Positions 30,829 to 41,248 of a stretch of 64,000 nucleotides of DNA are shown here, one piece after another (the first letter of the stretch is position 1; every line of letters begins with the position of its first letter). The DNA lies in contig CALOCX010000017.1 of NCBI GenBank assembly GCA_942491995.1, forward strand, positions 67,138-131,137, given 5' to 3'. The position numbers were made by a program, and so were the translations under genes. Under the pieces are notes generated by a model. The model had not been told where the DNA came from and did no database searches. It saw only the letters and a program-made list of their open reading frames with translations. Source of the DNA: an uncultured Gammaproteobacteria bacterium. GTDB lineage: Bacteria; Pseudomonadota; Gammaproteobacteria; UBA9214.

Positions 30829-31392
30829 TTAAACACGCCTGGCAAGATGGTAACCCACCTGCCCCGCACGCTTGCTGCGTGTCAATTCCCAGCTTTGCGG
30901 CAACACTGGTTCAAGATTACGTTCCGCCTCGATATACACACGCGCATCCGCCGCCAGCCAGCCACCAGACTCCAGGACCTGTATACAGGCAGGCAGCAAA
31001 TTTCTCCGGAAGGGGGGATCGAGAAACACGATATCAAAAGGATCTGCCGGCGCAGCCAGCCAGGCTTCAACCGTCGACTGCACCACCTCGATCTGCGCTG
31101 CACCGAGCAGCTGCAACTGTTCACGCAAGCAGTTGACGACCTGCGGATCACTGTCGACCAGCACGACACTGGACGCACCACGCGATGCGGCCTCTATACC
31201 CAGGGCGCCGCTGCCGGCATACAGATCGAGACAACGTGCATCCCTAATCACCGGACTGAGCCAGTTAAACAGTGTTTCGCGAACCCGGTCAGGGCTTGGA
31301 CGCACCCCGGCCACTGGCGCAAAAGACAGTTTACGTCCGCGCCAGCAGCCGGCAATAATGCGTACCTGATTAGCTGCCTGATTTGCTTTCAT
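30829..31392 (-). CDS. rsmD: 16S rRNA (guanine966-N2)-methyltransferase
   Basis: RIIAGCWRGRKL...DLYAGSGALGIEAASRGA...DPPF motif. Confidence 0.85.
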   Translation of the reverse strand: MKANQAANQVRIIAGCWRGRKLSFAPVAGVRPSPDRVRETLFNWLSPVIRDARCLDLYAGSGALGIEAASRGASSVVLVDSDPQVVNCLREQLQLLGAAQIEVVQSTVEAWLAAPADPFDIVFLDPPFRRNLLPACIQVLESGGWLAADARVYIEAERNLEPVLPQSWELTRSKRAGQVGYHLARRV

Positions 31393-31415
31393 GTGAAGCG
31401 CATAATCAGCCCTTG

Positions 31416-32102
31416 TCAGCCAGTCGTCAATGCTCCTGCCCCACGGGCAGGTCCACCGCGCTTGCGTGCCACGCCGGCCAGTCCAATGATGCCGGACAGG
31501 AACAGACCCAGTGCGGGCGGTACCGGGACTGCACTGACCGGTACGGCACCCGGTGTCGGCAGGTCCAGTACTATAAAGTCACTGAGATTATCATTACTAT
31601 CGAGCCCTGCATTACGACGTGCCAGGCTCTGGCCAGCCGACGCATCCGGCGCCGCATTCCCCTCGCCACTGAAGAACAGGCCGGTAAAGTCGCCATAGCC
31701 GAGGGCATCAAGCACCGTATCACCATCACGCAGGACAACGGAGTCAGGTCCGTTCTGTAAATCGATCTCGCTTACCAGATCGGCATTACTGATAAAACTG
31801 CTGCCGTCGCCACTGTCATCGCCGATGAGAAACACACCACTCGATGGAATAACACCGGCAAGCTCGACGCTGCGGTAGACAACGCCGTCGCTACCGTTGA
31901 CACCCTCCAGCAGCAGGCCGTCGAGCACCGTTCCAGGCGAACCGTACAATTCGACAAAGACATTGCCATTATCTGCACTGCTCGCGTCATAAAGCACTTC
32001 CGATATAACCGTTTGCGCCTGTGCGGACGACATTGACAGCACCGCAGCACCGATACAAACACATTGTGTAAAACGCAACCTCGATTTCCCTGTATAAAAC
32101 AT
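31416..32102 (-). CDS. lamin-tail-domain (LTD) protein with PEP-CTERM-like C-terminal sorting signal
   Basis: Signal peptide MFYTGKSRLRFTQCVCIGAAVLSMSSAQA. LTD signature VISEVLYD...GNVFVELYG...GVFLIGDD. C-terminus VPVPPALGLFLSGIIGLAGVARKRG. ATG at 32102 after a GGAGGG RBS. Confidence 0.7.
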   Translation of the reverse strand: MFYTGKSRLRFTQCVCIGAAVLSMSSAQAQTVISEVLYDASSADNGNVFVELYGSPGTVLDGLLLEGVNGSDGVVYRSVELAGVIPSSGVFLIGDDSGDGSSFISNADLVSEIDLQNGPDSVVLRDGDTVLDALGYGDFTGLFFSGEGNAAPDASAGQSLARRNAGLDSNDNLSDFIVLDLPTPGAVPVSAVPVPPALGLFLSGIIGLAGVARKRGGPARGAGALTTG

Positions 32103-32411
32103 AGCGCCCTCCATGGGTCAGTTGATTCAATAAAAGCAGGCTTCCTTGCCCGGGCCCGTCTCCGGGTGTCCAGTGCGCTACCTTACAGAGCATGCAGTGA
32201 GGGATCAGTCGGCAGAATGCAACACGGCCCGTCAGTCAGAACTGACAGGCCGTGTACGAAGAACGCTCGAGAAGCTGGAGTGAATCGCCTGGCCGGTTTT
32301 CAGCTAAAAAACTCCCGGCAGGACGTAAAGACCACCTGGTTACAGGCGATTACTATACAATTACATTAATGCATCTTTCCTGACGCTTTTGCGAGAAACC
32401 AGGGGCAGACA

Positions 32412-33722
32412 CTAGCTATCACCACCGACGATGATGGTTACCATGGTGTCCGGTGATACACGGCGCTGGAAGGCATCGATGATCTGTTCCCGCGTGACGG
32501 CCATGACCCTGTCATTGAATACTTCAAGGTAATCGAGTGGCAAGTCATAAAATCCGATCACATTCAGATAATCCAGGATACTGGAGTTGCTCGCAATTTT
32601 CAGGGGAAAGCCACCGGTAATGTTTTTCTTCGTGGCAACCAGCTCTTTTTCAGTGGGACCCTTGTCAACAAAGTTCCGCAAGGTCGCGCGCATAACGACC
32701 AGTGATTCATCCACCTGGTCATTACGGGTCTGTAGCGAGAACAAATAAGGTCCATTCTGTTCCATGGGAGAAAAATAGCTGTTGACGCTGTAGGACAGTC
32801 CGCGTTTCTCGCGCACCTCTTCAAACAGCTGTGATACCAGCCCGCCGCCGCCCAGCACATGATTCCCCACATACAATGGAAAGTAATCAGGATCACCACG
32901 ACGCATGCCCGGTGCCCCCATGTGTACATGGGTCTGCGTGGAGGGATGATAGATACGTTGCTCCAGCGCCCTGGTCAACACCGGCACTGACGCCACCGCG
33001 GGTGCACGCTTGCCGGCAGGTAACTGTCCGATCACCTGCTCGACCAGTTGTTCGGCCGCCTTGCGATCGAGATCACCGACGATGGAAAAGACCGCGTTGC
33101 GTGCAACATAGTACTGCCTGTAGAACGCCTTGATCTGGTCGAGCTGCAGCGCGGCGATACTTTCCACGGTACCACCCGGTCGCGGCGCATAGGGATGCTC
33201 ACCGTAGGTGGACTGGAAAAAAGTGTACTCAGCGACCGTAGCAGGTGACTGCTCACTGCGTCGTATCGCAACCTGTGTACGCTCGCGCTCACGCTCGAAG
33301 TCTTTCTCGTTAAAGTCCGGCTTGTTAATGACATCCGCCAGCAGTTTCAGTGCCGGCTGCAGGTAGGCAGGATCACTCAGGCTGCGCAACGTGATCCACG
33401 CCATGTCACGCGCCGATGCGGTTCCCAGCTTTGCACCCAGCGACTCTGCCCGGCTGGAGATTTCATCCGCACTGAGACCGGCCGCGCCCATATCCAGCAG
33501 CGTGCTGGTCATGTGCGCCAGACCGGCATGCCCGTCATCGCGTACGCCGCCCGCGGCAAAGGTGACATTGATATCCACCATCGGCAATTCCGGGGCCGCG
33601 ACAAAATAGACCCGCACACCGTTATCCGTGACCCAGTGCTGTATCACCGGCATTGCGGAGGCCGCAGGCATGGCAAGCAGACACAATAGCAGCACGGCAG
33701 CGGTCAGTTTGTGAAAAGTCAT
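32412..33722 (-). CDS. M16 family peptidase, non-catalytic subunit type (no HxxEH)
   Basis: Signal peptide MTFHKLTAAVLLLCLLAMPAASA, ATG at 33722. Pitrilysin fold but AHMTSTL in place of HxxEH. Confidence 0.85.
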   Translation of the reverse strand: MTFHKLTAAVLLLCLLAMPAASAMPVIQHWVTDNGVRVYFVAAPELPMVDINVTFAAGGVRDDGHAGLAHMTSTLLDMGAAGLSADEISSRAESLGAKLGTASARDMAWITLRSLSDPAYLQPALKLLADVINKPDFNEKDFERERERTQVAIRRSEQSPATVAEYTFFQSTYGEHPYAPRPGGTVESIAALQLDQIKAFYRQYYVARNAVFSIVGDLDRKAAEQLVEQVIGQLPAGKRAPAVASVPVLTRALEQRIYHPSTQTHVHMGAPGMRRGDPDYFPLYVGNHVLGGGGLVSQLFEEVREKRGLSYSVNSYFSPMEQNGPYLFSLQTRNDQVDESLVVMRATLRNFVDKGPTEKELVATKKNITGGFPLKIASNSSILDYLNVIGFYDLPLDYLEVFNDRVMAVTREQIIDAFQRRVSPDTMVTIIVGGDS

Positions 33723-33729
33723 TGCGATG

Positions 33730-35097
33730 CTAGTGGCCATGAGTGCCTCCACCGTTATCAGGACGCGGCTCGCGCCCGGTCTCCATGGGCAGGGGATCTA
33801 GTTCAGCCACGGTGAGGGACTCTTCTACCAGGTATTTTTTCGCGACCGCCTGTACCTGCCTGGCGGTGACTGCATTGATGCGCTCCACGTACTCATCGGC
33901 CAGTCGCCAGTCCAGCCCGACTGCCTCCAGCTGCCCGATCTTCATCGCCTGGTAAAAAGCCGAGTCCAGTTCATAGACGGCACTGGCCACCACCGTGGTT
34001 TTAACCCGTGACAGCTCCTCGTCTGTAACCGGCTCATCCTGCAGTCTCCGAACCTGCTCGAACAGTGCATCCTGCACGTCGGCAATGCTGTGCGAACCTG
34101 CCGGTGTGCCATCCAGCAGCAGCATGCCCGCCTGGCGATCGTACAGGTCATATCCGGCACCGGCACTGGTCGCAATCCGGCTGCCACGCACCAGGTCACG
34201 GGTCAGACGCGAGCTGTCACCCCCGTCCAGGATATTGGCCAATACTTGCAGCGCATAGGGCTCCCAGCTGTCGGTGGCGGTTGCCAGTACCGGCGTCTTG
34301 TAACCCATGACGGTGTAGGGCACTTCGGCCGGGGCGCGCACGGTGATGTCACGCCGGCCTTTCTGGGGTGGCTCGATGCGGGGCTTGGGCGGCACAATCT
34401 CTTCCGGCTGCAACGGTGCAAAATATTTCTTTGCCAGTTTCAGTACGGCCTTCGGATCAACGTCACCGACCACCACGACAATGGCATTGTTCGGTGCATA
34501 CCAGCGCTCATACCAGCGCTGCAAATCAGCCAGCTGCATGTTTTCCAGATCATTCATCCAGCCAATGGTGGGGATACGTACAGAACTGCTGATAAAGGCC
34601 GTTGCAGCGAACTGTTCATAGGTCAGCGCCGTCGGCTTGTCATCGGTACGCAGGCGCCGTTCTTCCATCACTACATTGATTTCCTTCTGGAATTCTTCAT
34701 CCTGCAAGTTGAGACTGCGCATCCGGTCAGCTTCCAGTTCGAAACTGATGGGTAGCCGGCTTTTTTCCAGTTTCTGGAAATAGGCCGTGTAGTCCTTGCT
34801 GGTGAAGGCATTCTCGGTGCCGCCATTTTCAGAAATTATGCGTGAGAATTCACCCGCGGGGTGGTCCTTTGTGCCCTTGAACATCATGTGCTCGAGCACG
34901 TGCGAAACACCGGTGATGCCGTCGTGCTCGTAGCTGGCCCCGACCTTGTACCATACCTGTGAAACCACCACCGGCGCGCGGTGGTCCTCCTTGACAATCA
35001 GTTTCAGCCCGTTATCCAGTTGATATTCATGGACATCCCCGGCTGCCAGCACCAGCTGGCTGACCAGCAACAGGCCCGTCGCAAGCAATCTTCGCAT
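33730..35097 (-). CDS. M16 family zinc peptidase, catalytic subunit (HxxEH present)
   Basis: Signal peptide. HVLEHMMFKGT zinc-binding motif. Partner gene 8 nt downstream. Confidence 0.85.
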   Translation of the reverse strand: MRRLLATGLLLVSQLVLAAGDVHEYQLDNGLKLIVKEDHRAPVVVSQVWYKVGASYEHDGITGVSHVLEHMMFKGTKDHPAGEFSRIISENGGTENAFTSKDYTAYFQKLEKSRLPISFELEADRMRSLNLQDEEFQKEINVVMEERRLRTDDKPTALTYEQFAATAFISSSVRIPTIGWMNDLENMQLADLQRWYERWYAPNNAIVVVVGDVDPKAVLKLAKKYFAPLQPEEIVPPKPRIEPPQKGRRDITVRAPAEVPYTVMGYKTPVLATATDSWEPYALQVLANILDGGDSSRLTRDLVRGSRIATSAGAGYDLYDRQAGMLLLDGTPAGSHSIADVQDALFEQVRRLQDEPVTDEELSRVKTTVVASAVYELDSAFYQAMKIGQLEAVGLDWRLADEYVERINAVTARQVQAVAKKYLVEESLTVAELDPLPMETGREPRPDNGGGTHGH

Positions 35098-35194
35098 TCA
35101 TGTACTCCTGTACTTCGGATAGTTAACCCTGATGGGTAGGGGATGATAGGATATCGGCCCCGGTATTACCTAATCTGCAGAGACAACCATTTTC

Positions 35195-36172
35195 ATGCTT
35201 GGTTTCGGAAAAAACAAAACATCGGCCGCCACCGACGAGACTGCAAAGCCAGGACTGTTTAAACGTCTCAGGGAGGGCCTGTCGCGTACCCGGCATAACC
35301 TCTCCGACGGACTCACCGATCTGGTGCGCAGCAGCAAGTCAATCGATGACGGGTTGCTTGAAGAGATCGAAACCCGGCTACTGGTGGCCGATGTCGGCAT
35401 CGAGGCCACACGCGAGATTATCGATGGCCTCACCGAGCTGATCGCGCTCGGCCAGATCAGGGATGGCGCGGCATTGATGTCTGCCCTGCGAAGCCGCATG
35501 CGTGCGATTCTGGCACCCAGCAGTCAGCCACTGGTCATTCCGGAACAGGGACATCCCTATGTCATACTGATGGTCGGCATCAATGGCGCCGGCAAGACCA
35601 CCAGCATCGGCAAGCTTGCCCACCGTTTGCAGCAGCAGGGCCTGAAGGTGATGCTGGCCGCCGGTGATACCTTCCGTGCGGCGGCGGTTGAACAATTGCA
35701 GACCTGGGGCGAGCGCAACGACGTCCCGGTGATTGCGCAGCAACAGGGATCGGATTCGGCCTCGGTCATTTTCGATGCGCTGCAGTCAGCACGCTCGCGC
35801 GGCATTGATGTGCTGATCGCGGATACCGCCGGGCGCCTGCACACGCAGAGCAACCTGATGGAAGAACTGAAAAAAATCAAGCGGGTGATGGGCAAGCTGG
35901 ATGCAGACGCGCCCCATGAAGTGATGCTGGTGGTGGATGCTGGCACTGGCCAGAACGCACTCAACCAGGCGCAGGAATTCAACAATGCCATCGGACTCAC
36001 CGGTATCACGCTCACCAAGCTGGATGGCACCGCCAAGGGTGGCATCATATTCGCCATCGCGAAACGCATGCAGATCCCGATACGTTTCATTGGCGTCGGA
36101 GAAGGCATTGAAAATCTGCGTGAATTCGATGCGGAAGAATTCGTTGATGCGCTATTTGCACCAGCAGAATAA
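35195..36172 (+). CDS. ftsY: signal recognition particle receptor FtsY (short form)
   Basis: NG domain GINGAGKTTSIGKLA...DTAGR...TKLDGTAKGG. Only a ~30-aa N-terminal region. Confidence 0.9.
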   Translation: MLGFGKNKTSAATDETAKPGLFKRLREGLSRTRHNLSDGLTDLVRSSKSIDDGLLEEIETRLLVADVGIEATREIIDGLTELIALGQIRDGAALMSALRSRMRAILAPSSQPLVIPEQGHPYVILMVGINGAGKTTSIGKLAHRLQQQGLKVMLAAGDTFRAAAVEQLQTWGERNDVPVIAQQQGSDSASVIFDALQSARSRGIDVLIADTAGRLHTQSNLMEELKKIKRVMGKLDADAPHEVMLVVDAGTGQNALNQAQEFNNAIGLTGITLTKLDGTAKGGIIFAIAKRMQIPIRFIGVGEGIENLREFDAEEFVDALFAPAE

Positions 36173-36201
36173 CACACGCACCACACGGACCGACTGAACA
36201 C

Positions 36202-36873
36202 ATGATCCGCTTCACCAATGTCAGCAAGCGCTACCCGGGCGGTTACGAGGCCCTCAGCAACGTTAATTTTCACATGGAAAAAGGTGTCATGGCCTTCCTC
36301 ACCGGACATTCGGGCGCCGGCAAAAGTACCCTGTTAAAACTGGTTGCCCTGATAGAATACGCCACACGTGGCCAGGTCTTTGTCGATGGTGAAAATGTCA
36401 CGCGCCTCGGCAAGCATCGCATCCCCTACATCCGTCGCAAAATCGGTTTTATTTTCCAGGAGCATCACCTGCTGTTTGACCGCACCGTGTTTGATAATGT
36501 CGCCCTGCCGCTGATTATCGCCGGCTACCGGCACCAGGAAATCGGCCGTCGGGTGCGTGCCGCTCTCGACAAACTGGGCCTGTTGAGCAAGGAAAGGCTC
36601 TACCCCATCACGCTGTCGGGCGGCGAGCAGCAACGCGTGGGCATTGCCCGTGCCGTCGTCAACAAACCCATGCTGCTGCTGGCCGATGAACCCACCGGCA
36701 ATCTCGATCCCGAACTGTCGCGTGAGATCATGTCGCTGTTCTCGCTGTTCAATGACGTCGGTGTTAGCGTGCTCATTGCCAGTCACGATATTCCCCTGAT
36801 TGAAACACTCGACTACCCGGTACTGTCCCTCGAGCAGGGCCGCTTGAGCCATACCGTCGCCGGCGCCGCATGA
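36202..36873 (+). CDS. ftsE: cell-division ABC ATPase FtsE
   Basis: [35 protein letters not shown]. Confidence 0.95.
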   Translation: MIRFTNVSKRYPGGYEALSNVNFHMEKGVMAFLTGHSGAGKSTLLKLVALIEYATRGQVFVDGENVTRLGKHRIPYIRRKIGFIFQEHHLLFDRTVFDNVALPLIIAGYRHQEIGRRVRAALDKLGLLSKERLYPITLSGGEQQRVGIARAVVNKPMLLLADEPTGNLDPELSREIMSLFSLFNDVGVSVLIASHDIPLIETLDYPVLSLEQGRLSHTVAGAA

Positions 36874-37856
36874 CCTGGCTGCGTAAAAACAGGCGGCAGT
36901 CCCAGCATGACTGGCAGGATATCCTGCGCCGCAAGCTGTCGCCGCGAACCTTCCTGCAACGCCACACACAGGTCGCACTCGACAGCCTTGGACGCCTGTA
37001 TCGCAACCGGCTTGCCTCAGCAATGACTGCCGCCGTGATCGCCATCGCGCTGGCGATGCCTTCGGGACTGTATCTGTTGCTCGGTAACCTGGAACGTCTC
37101 AGTGGTTCATGGGACGGACAGGCGAGCCTGTCGGTCTTTCTTCAACAGGACATCACGGATGACAGGGCGCAGACGCTCGCTGCACAGGTCCGTGAATGGC
37201 CCGAGGTCGATTCCGTGCAGTTGATCACACCCTCACAGGCGCTGGAAGAATTTGGCCAGCAATCCGGGTTTGCGGATGTCCTTGGTGTGCTCGAGGAGAA
37301 TCCGTTGCCCTTCGTGCTGATCGTACTACCGGCCGGCGACAGCCTCGACCCGGCAGCAGCGAGCGCACTGCGCGAACGCTTCAGCAAGCTCCCTGAAACA
37401 GCACTGGCACAACTTGACCTGCAATGGGTACAGCGTCTCGCGGCCATACTGGACATTGCGCGGCGCGTCATCCTCATCATCGGTGTACTGCTGGCGCTCG
37501 CCGTCATGCTCGTCATTGGCAACACCATCCGCCTGGAAATCCAGAATCGGCGCGAGGAGATCCTGGTCACCAAGCTCATCGGCGCGACCAATGGTTTCGT
37601 ACGCCGCCCGTTTCTCTACGCCGGCATCTGGTACGGTGTCCTCGGCGCACTCCTCGCCTGGCTGGTGGTAGAAGCCGGCTTCTGGCTGTTAGCTGAACCG
37701 GTCTCCCGGCTCGCAGGCCTCTACCACAGCGACTTCAGCCTCGAAACCCTGCCGCTGCAACTGCTGGGGATATTGCTTGCGGGCGGCACACTGCTTGGCC
37801 TGCTGGGTTCCTGGTTGGCTGTCGGGCGCCATCTGGCCGCAATTGAACCCAGTTGA
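36870..37856 (+). CDS. ftsX: cell-division permease-like protein FtsX
   Basis: Overlaps the ftsE stop. 4 TM with a periplasmic loop. ftsYEX-rpoH synteny. Confidence 0.9.
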   Translation: MTWLRKNRRQSQHDWQDILRRKLSPRTFLQRHTQVALDSLGRLYRNRLASAMTAAVIAIALAMPSGLYLLLGNLERLSGSWDGQASLSVFLQQDITDDRAQTLAAQVREWPEVDSVQLITPSQALEEFGQQSGFADVLGVLEENPLPFVLIVLPAGDSLDPAAASALRERFSKLPETALAQLDLQWVQRLAAILDIARRVILIIGVLLALAVMLVIGNTIRLEIQNRREEILVTKLIGATNGFVRRPFLYAGIWYGVLGALLAWLVVEAGFWLLAEPVSRLAGLYHSDFSLETLPLQLLGILLAGGTLLGLLGSWLAVGRHLAAIEPS

Positions 37857-37932
37857 GCCCAATTCTGGCATGGCCGCCACCGAACAAGCCCCGTCGTACC
37901 CTCAGGAATTCCATCAAACGACCGAAACCACA

Positions 37933-37960
37933 GGAACTTATCCGGGAATTGGCACTCAAT
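37933..37960 (+). promoter_or_regulatory. sigma-E (RpoE/AlgU)-type promoter GGAACTT-N16-TCAAT upstream of rpoH
   Basis: GGAACTT at 37933-37939, 16-nt spacer, TCAAT at 37956-37960. A possible overlapping sigma-70 pair is TTGGCA at 37949 and TAAGAT at 37973. Confidence 0.45.
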
Positions 37961-38007
37961 GTTAAGGAGTGCTAAGATCAGCGCTAACTGATACAGAGAG
38001 GCAGTTC

Positions 38008-38877
38008 ATGACAAAGGATTTAGTAACCAGAAATCAAACACTTGCGATACCTATGCCGACAGGCAACCTGGATCAGTATATCCAGGCCGCGTTAAGTGTG
38101 CCGCTGCTGAGCGCCGAGCAGGAACGCTCGCTGGCACTACGCCTGCAAAACGAGGGCGATCTGGACGCCGCACGTGATCTGGTGATGTCGCACCTGCGCT
38201 TCGTCATTCGCATTGCGCGTGGTTACAGTGGCTATGGCCTGGCACTCGGTGACCTGGTGCAGGAAGGCAATATCGGCCTGATGAAAGCGGTGAAACGCTT
38301 TGATCCGAACGCCGGTGTGCGCCTGGTCTCCTACGCCGTGCACTGGGTGCGCGCAGAGATACATGAATTCATTCTGCGTAACTGGCGTATCGTCAAGGTG
38401 GCGACTACCAAGGCCCAGCGCAAATTATTCTTTAACCTGCGCAGTAAAAAACAGCGCCTTGGCTGGCTCAACCAGGAAGAGGTCAATGGTATTGCAGAAG
38501 ATCTGGGAGTCAAGCCGGAGGTGGTACAGGAGATGGAATCCCGTCTCAGTGGACAGGACATCGGTTTTGACCTGAGCGCCGCGGATGATGACGAGGAGTC
38601 ACATCATTTTGCGCCGGCCGCCTATCTAACGGATGCCTCCAACGATCCGGCACTGACGATTGAGCAAAACGACTGGAACAGCGAGAACAACAGCAACCTG
38701 GGCGATGCACTGGCAACACTGGACGAGCGCAGCCGCACCATCCTGGAAGAGCGCTGGCTGTCAGATAACAAGAGTACGCTGCATGAACTGGCTGCCCGCT
38801 ATGGCATCTCTGCAGAGCGCATTCGCCAGCTTGAAAAGAGCGCGCTTGGCAAACTGAAAAAGACCCTGCTCGCCTGA
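38008..38877 (+). CDS. rpoH: RNA polymerase sigma-32 (heat-shock sigma factor)
   Basis: [28 protein letters not shown]..., the RpoH box [12 protein letters not shown] at 38008. Confidence 0.9.
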   Translation: MTKDLVTRNQTLAIPMPTGNLDQYIQAALSVPLLSAEQERSLALRLQNEGDLDAARDLVMSHLRFVIRIARGYSGYGLALGDLVQEGNIGLMKAVKRFDPNAGVRLVSYAVHWVRAEIHEFILRNWRIVKVATTKAQRKLFFNLRSKKQRLGWLNQEEVNGIAEDLGVKPEVVQEMESRLSGQDIGFDLSAADDDEESHHFAPAAYLTDASNDPALTIEQNDWNSENNSNLGDALATLDERSRTILEERWLSDNKSTLHELAARYGISAERIRQLEKSALGKLKKTLLA

Positions 38878-38898
38878 CGCCATATTGCATGGTCCCTG

Positions 38899-38924
38899 AA
38901 CGGCCCCCCGCGGGGCCGTTTTTT
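38899..38924 (+). terminator. rho-independent terminator of rpoH
   Basis: AACGGCCCC-ccgc-GGGGCCGTT 9-bp stem then TTTTTT. Confidence 0.7.
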
Positions 38925-38939
38925 ATGCCTGCGTGGAAA

Positions 38940-39824
38940 TCACCACCATGCCAGCAGCGGCAGGTAGTGATCCACCAGCAACAGGGTAAACATTGCCATC
39001 AGGTACCAGATGGAATAACCAAAGGTTTTCATGGCGACACTTTCATCATCGCCCTTCATTAACAGAATCGCGTAATGCAGAAAGCCGCCGCCCAGCAGCA
39101 GGGCACCGACCAGGTAAAACAGGCCGCTCATCCTGAACACGAATGGCAATACGCTGACGATAATCAGCATCACGGTATACAGCAGTATCTGCAGGCGCGT
39201 AAACGGGATACCGTGCGTTACCGGTAACATGGGTATATCCACCTTGGCGTACTCGTCGCGGCGGTGAATCGCCAGCGCCCAGAAATGTGGCGGCGTCCAG
39301 ATAAAGATGATCAGGAACAGCAACAGCGCATGCGGATCGACCGTACCGGTGAGTGCGGTCCAGCCGAGTATCGGTGGTGCAGCACCGGCAGCACCACCGA
39401 TGACGATGTTCTGCGGTGTCGCACGCTTCAGGTACATGGTGTACACCACGGCATAGCCAAGCAGTGACAGGAAGGTCAGCACGGCCGTCAGGGTATTGAT
39501 GAACACCACCAGGATGAGCATCGACAGTAACCCCAGCAGCAGCGCAAAGATCAGTGCATTGCGGCCATTGATTTCACCCTGCGGCAAGGGACGGTTGTGG
39601 GTGCGCGTCATCTTCGCATCTTCACGGGCATCCAGTACATGGTTGATGGCGGCGGCCGCACTGGCAGCCATACCGATACCAAGATTCCCGAACAGCAACA
39701 CGTCCCATGGCACCATTCCGGGTGGCGCTGTCGCCAGGAACATCCCGACCATGGCGGTGAACACGATCAGCGCCACTACCTTGAGCTTGCACAGACCGAG
39801 ATAGCTTTGTAACTGGCTTTTCAT
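38940..39824 (-). CDS. cyoE: protoheme IX farnesyltransferase (heme O synthase)
   Basis: 294 aa UbiA-fold polytopic protein with conserved N..xxD and GGAAGAAPP motifs, at the end of the cox cluster. Confidence 0.9.
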   Translation of the reverse strand: MKSQLQSYLGLCKLKVVALIVFTAMVGMFLATAPPGMVPWDVLLFGNLGIGMAASAAAAINHVLDAREDAKMTRTHNRPLPQGEINGRNALIFALLLGLLSMLILVVFINTLTAVLTFLSLLGYAVVYTMYLKRATPQNIVIGGAAGAAPPILGWTALTGTVDPHALLLFLIIFIWTPPHFWALAIHRRDEYAKVDIPMLPVTHGIPFTRLQILLYTVMLIIVSVLPFVFRMSGLFYLVGALLLGGGFLHYAILLMKGDDESVAMKTFGYSIWYLMAMFTLLLVDHYLPLLAWW

Positions 39825-40459
39825 CAGCCGATCTTCGAATACTTGAGCAGTTTTCTCAGGTCTTTAAGCATGCCGCTCGGGTCGGCATCCGGCGGATAGT
39901 ACATCATCAAGTTACCAAGCGGATCAATAACATACACCCGCTCGGCCGCCTGCATGGCGACACCGTCGATGAGGAAATACGGGGCAACCTGCTCGACCTG
40001 AGCGGATGTCAGCAACGTCACCGCGGTGTCCTTGTAGTCCCTGGCAAGCAGTGCCGCCAGCGGTGCGGGGATGGCCTCGTCCCGCACCAGGTAGAGCAGT
40101 TGAACACGTCTCATATTCTCGTTCTGCGCCGTTCTTATCTGGCGCATCTTGTAGAGATTTTCATTGCAGACCGCATCGCAGTCGGCGTCACCGATATACA
40201 GCAAGGTCCACTTGCCCTGCAGGTAATCGTTCGCCACCCGACCGGCAATCTCTAGATCCGCCGGCATTGTCAACGGCCGCGCAGGGTGCACCAGCGCGCC
40301 CCTGTTGGTGGTGCCCTCCGGGCGCCAGCCCTGCCCGGAGCTGTTATGCATCACCCAGGCTACGAATGCCGGTGTCATGAACAGCAGTCCCAGCAGCACC
40401 AGTGCCTGGCGTGAATTCAGGAAGCCGCGCTGCCTGGAAGTGTATGAGTTTCGTTTCAT
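39824..40459 (-). CDS. SCO1/SenC-like thioredoxin-fold protein with CxxxC (cytochrome oxidase biogenesis)
   Basis: N-terminal [23 protein letters not shown] resembling SCO GKWxLxYFGFTHCPDVCP. ATG overlaps the SURF1 stop (ATGA) and its stop overlaps the cyoE ATG. Confidence 0.5.
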   Translation of the reverse strand: MKRNSYTSRQRGFLNSRQALVLLGLLFMTPAFVAWVMHNSSGQGWRPEGTTNRGALVHPARPLTMPADLEIAGRVANDYLQGKWTLLYIGDADCDAVCNENLYKMRQIRTAQNENMRRVQLLYLVRDEAIPAPLAALLARDYKDTAVTLLTSAQVEQVAPYFLIDGVAMQAAERVYVIDPLGNLMMYYPPDADPSGMLKDLRKLLKYSKIG

Positions 40460-41190
40460 GGCTCTCTTGGTATGTGTTTTGAATTTACGCCAATGTAGAT
40501 CATCATCAACACGGCGGCGAGTGTAAACCACTGCACGGCATAGGCGCGATGCTTGTCGGGCGTAACCCCGTACACCGGTTTCCAGTCGCGGATAAAACCG
40601 AACTCGTCATCCTTGTCCAGCAGCAGTATCAGCGGCTCCAGTGGATATCCGAGGCGCTCTTCAAGCTCGCTGATCTCAATTTGCTGCACCACCTGGGGCC
40701 ATCCCTCATGCACCTCGTCCATGCCACCCAGCCTGAACAGTTTCTGCGGCGGCAGCTTGATGGTTGCATCGACCAGTACTTCGCCCGTGGTACCCGGAAT
40801 GTCCGGCAATATGGCGCGGCTGTTGCCCACAGGAACCCAGCCGCGGTTGACCAGCACCGTCTTCTCCGATTCATCCAGTCGTAACGGTGTCAGCACATGG
40901 TAGCCGGCATAGCCTTCATAGGTGCGGTTATCCAGCAGCAACTGGTGCTCCATGTCGTAATAGCCGCGCACAAAAACCTTGCGATACTGCTCGGCATCCC
41001 GGTAGTCATGCAGGGATTGCAACGAAACCGGCGACAGGAGCGCCCTGTCAGTATGCGTATCGACCATGTGCTGCTTCCAGGCTGCCCGCTCCAGTTGCCA
41101 GATACCGAGGCCGGTCAATACCGGCAACAGCAACAGGGTTGCGATCGTCGGCCACAGCGACGGCGAAAAGTCATAACTGCCGAATCTCAT
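40456..41190 (-). CDS. SURF1 family cytochrome oxidase assembly protein
   Basis: N- and C-terminal TM, LGIWQLERAAWKQ...VNRGWVP SURF1 signatures. Confidence 0.8.
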   Translation of the reverse strand: MRFGSYDFSPSLWPTIATLLLLPVLTGLGIWQLERAAWKQHMVDTHTDRALLSPVSLQSLHDYRDAEQYRKVFVRGYYDMEHQLLLDNRTYEGYAGYHVLTPLRLDESEKTVLVNRGWVPVGNSRAILPDIPGTTGEVLVDATIKLPPQKLFRLGGMDEVHEGWPQVVQQIEISELEERLGYPLEPLILLLDKDDEFGFIRDWKPVYGVTPDKHRAYAVQWFTLAAVLMMIYIGVNSKHIPREP

Positions 41191-41248
41191 TATTCACCCT
41201 GATTTGCTATACTGCTCTTCATTATCTCAACCACTCCGGTTCACCGCC

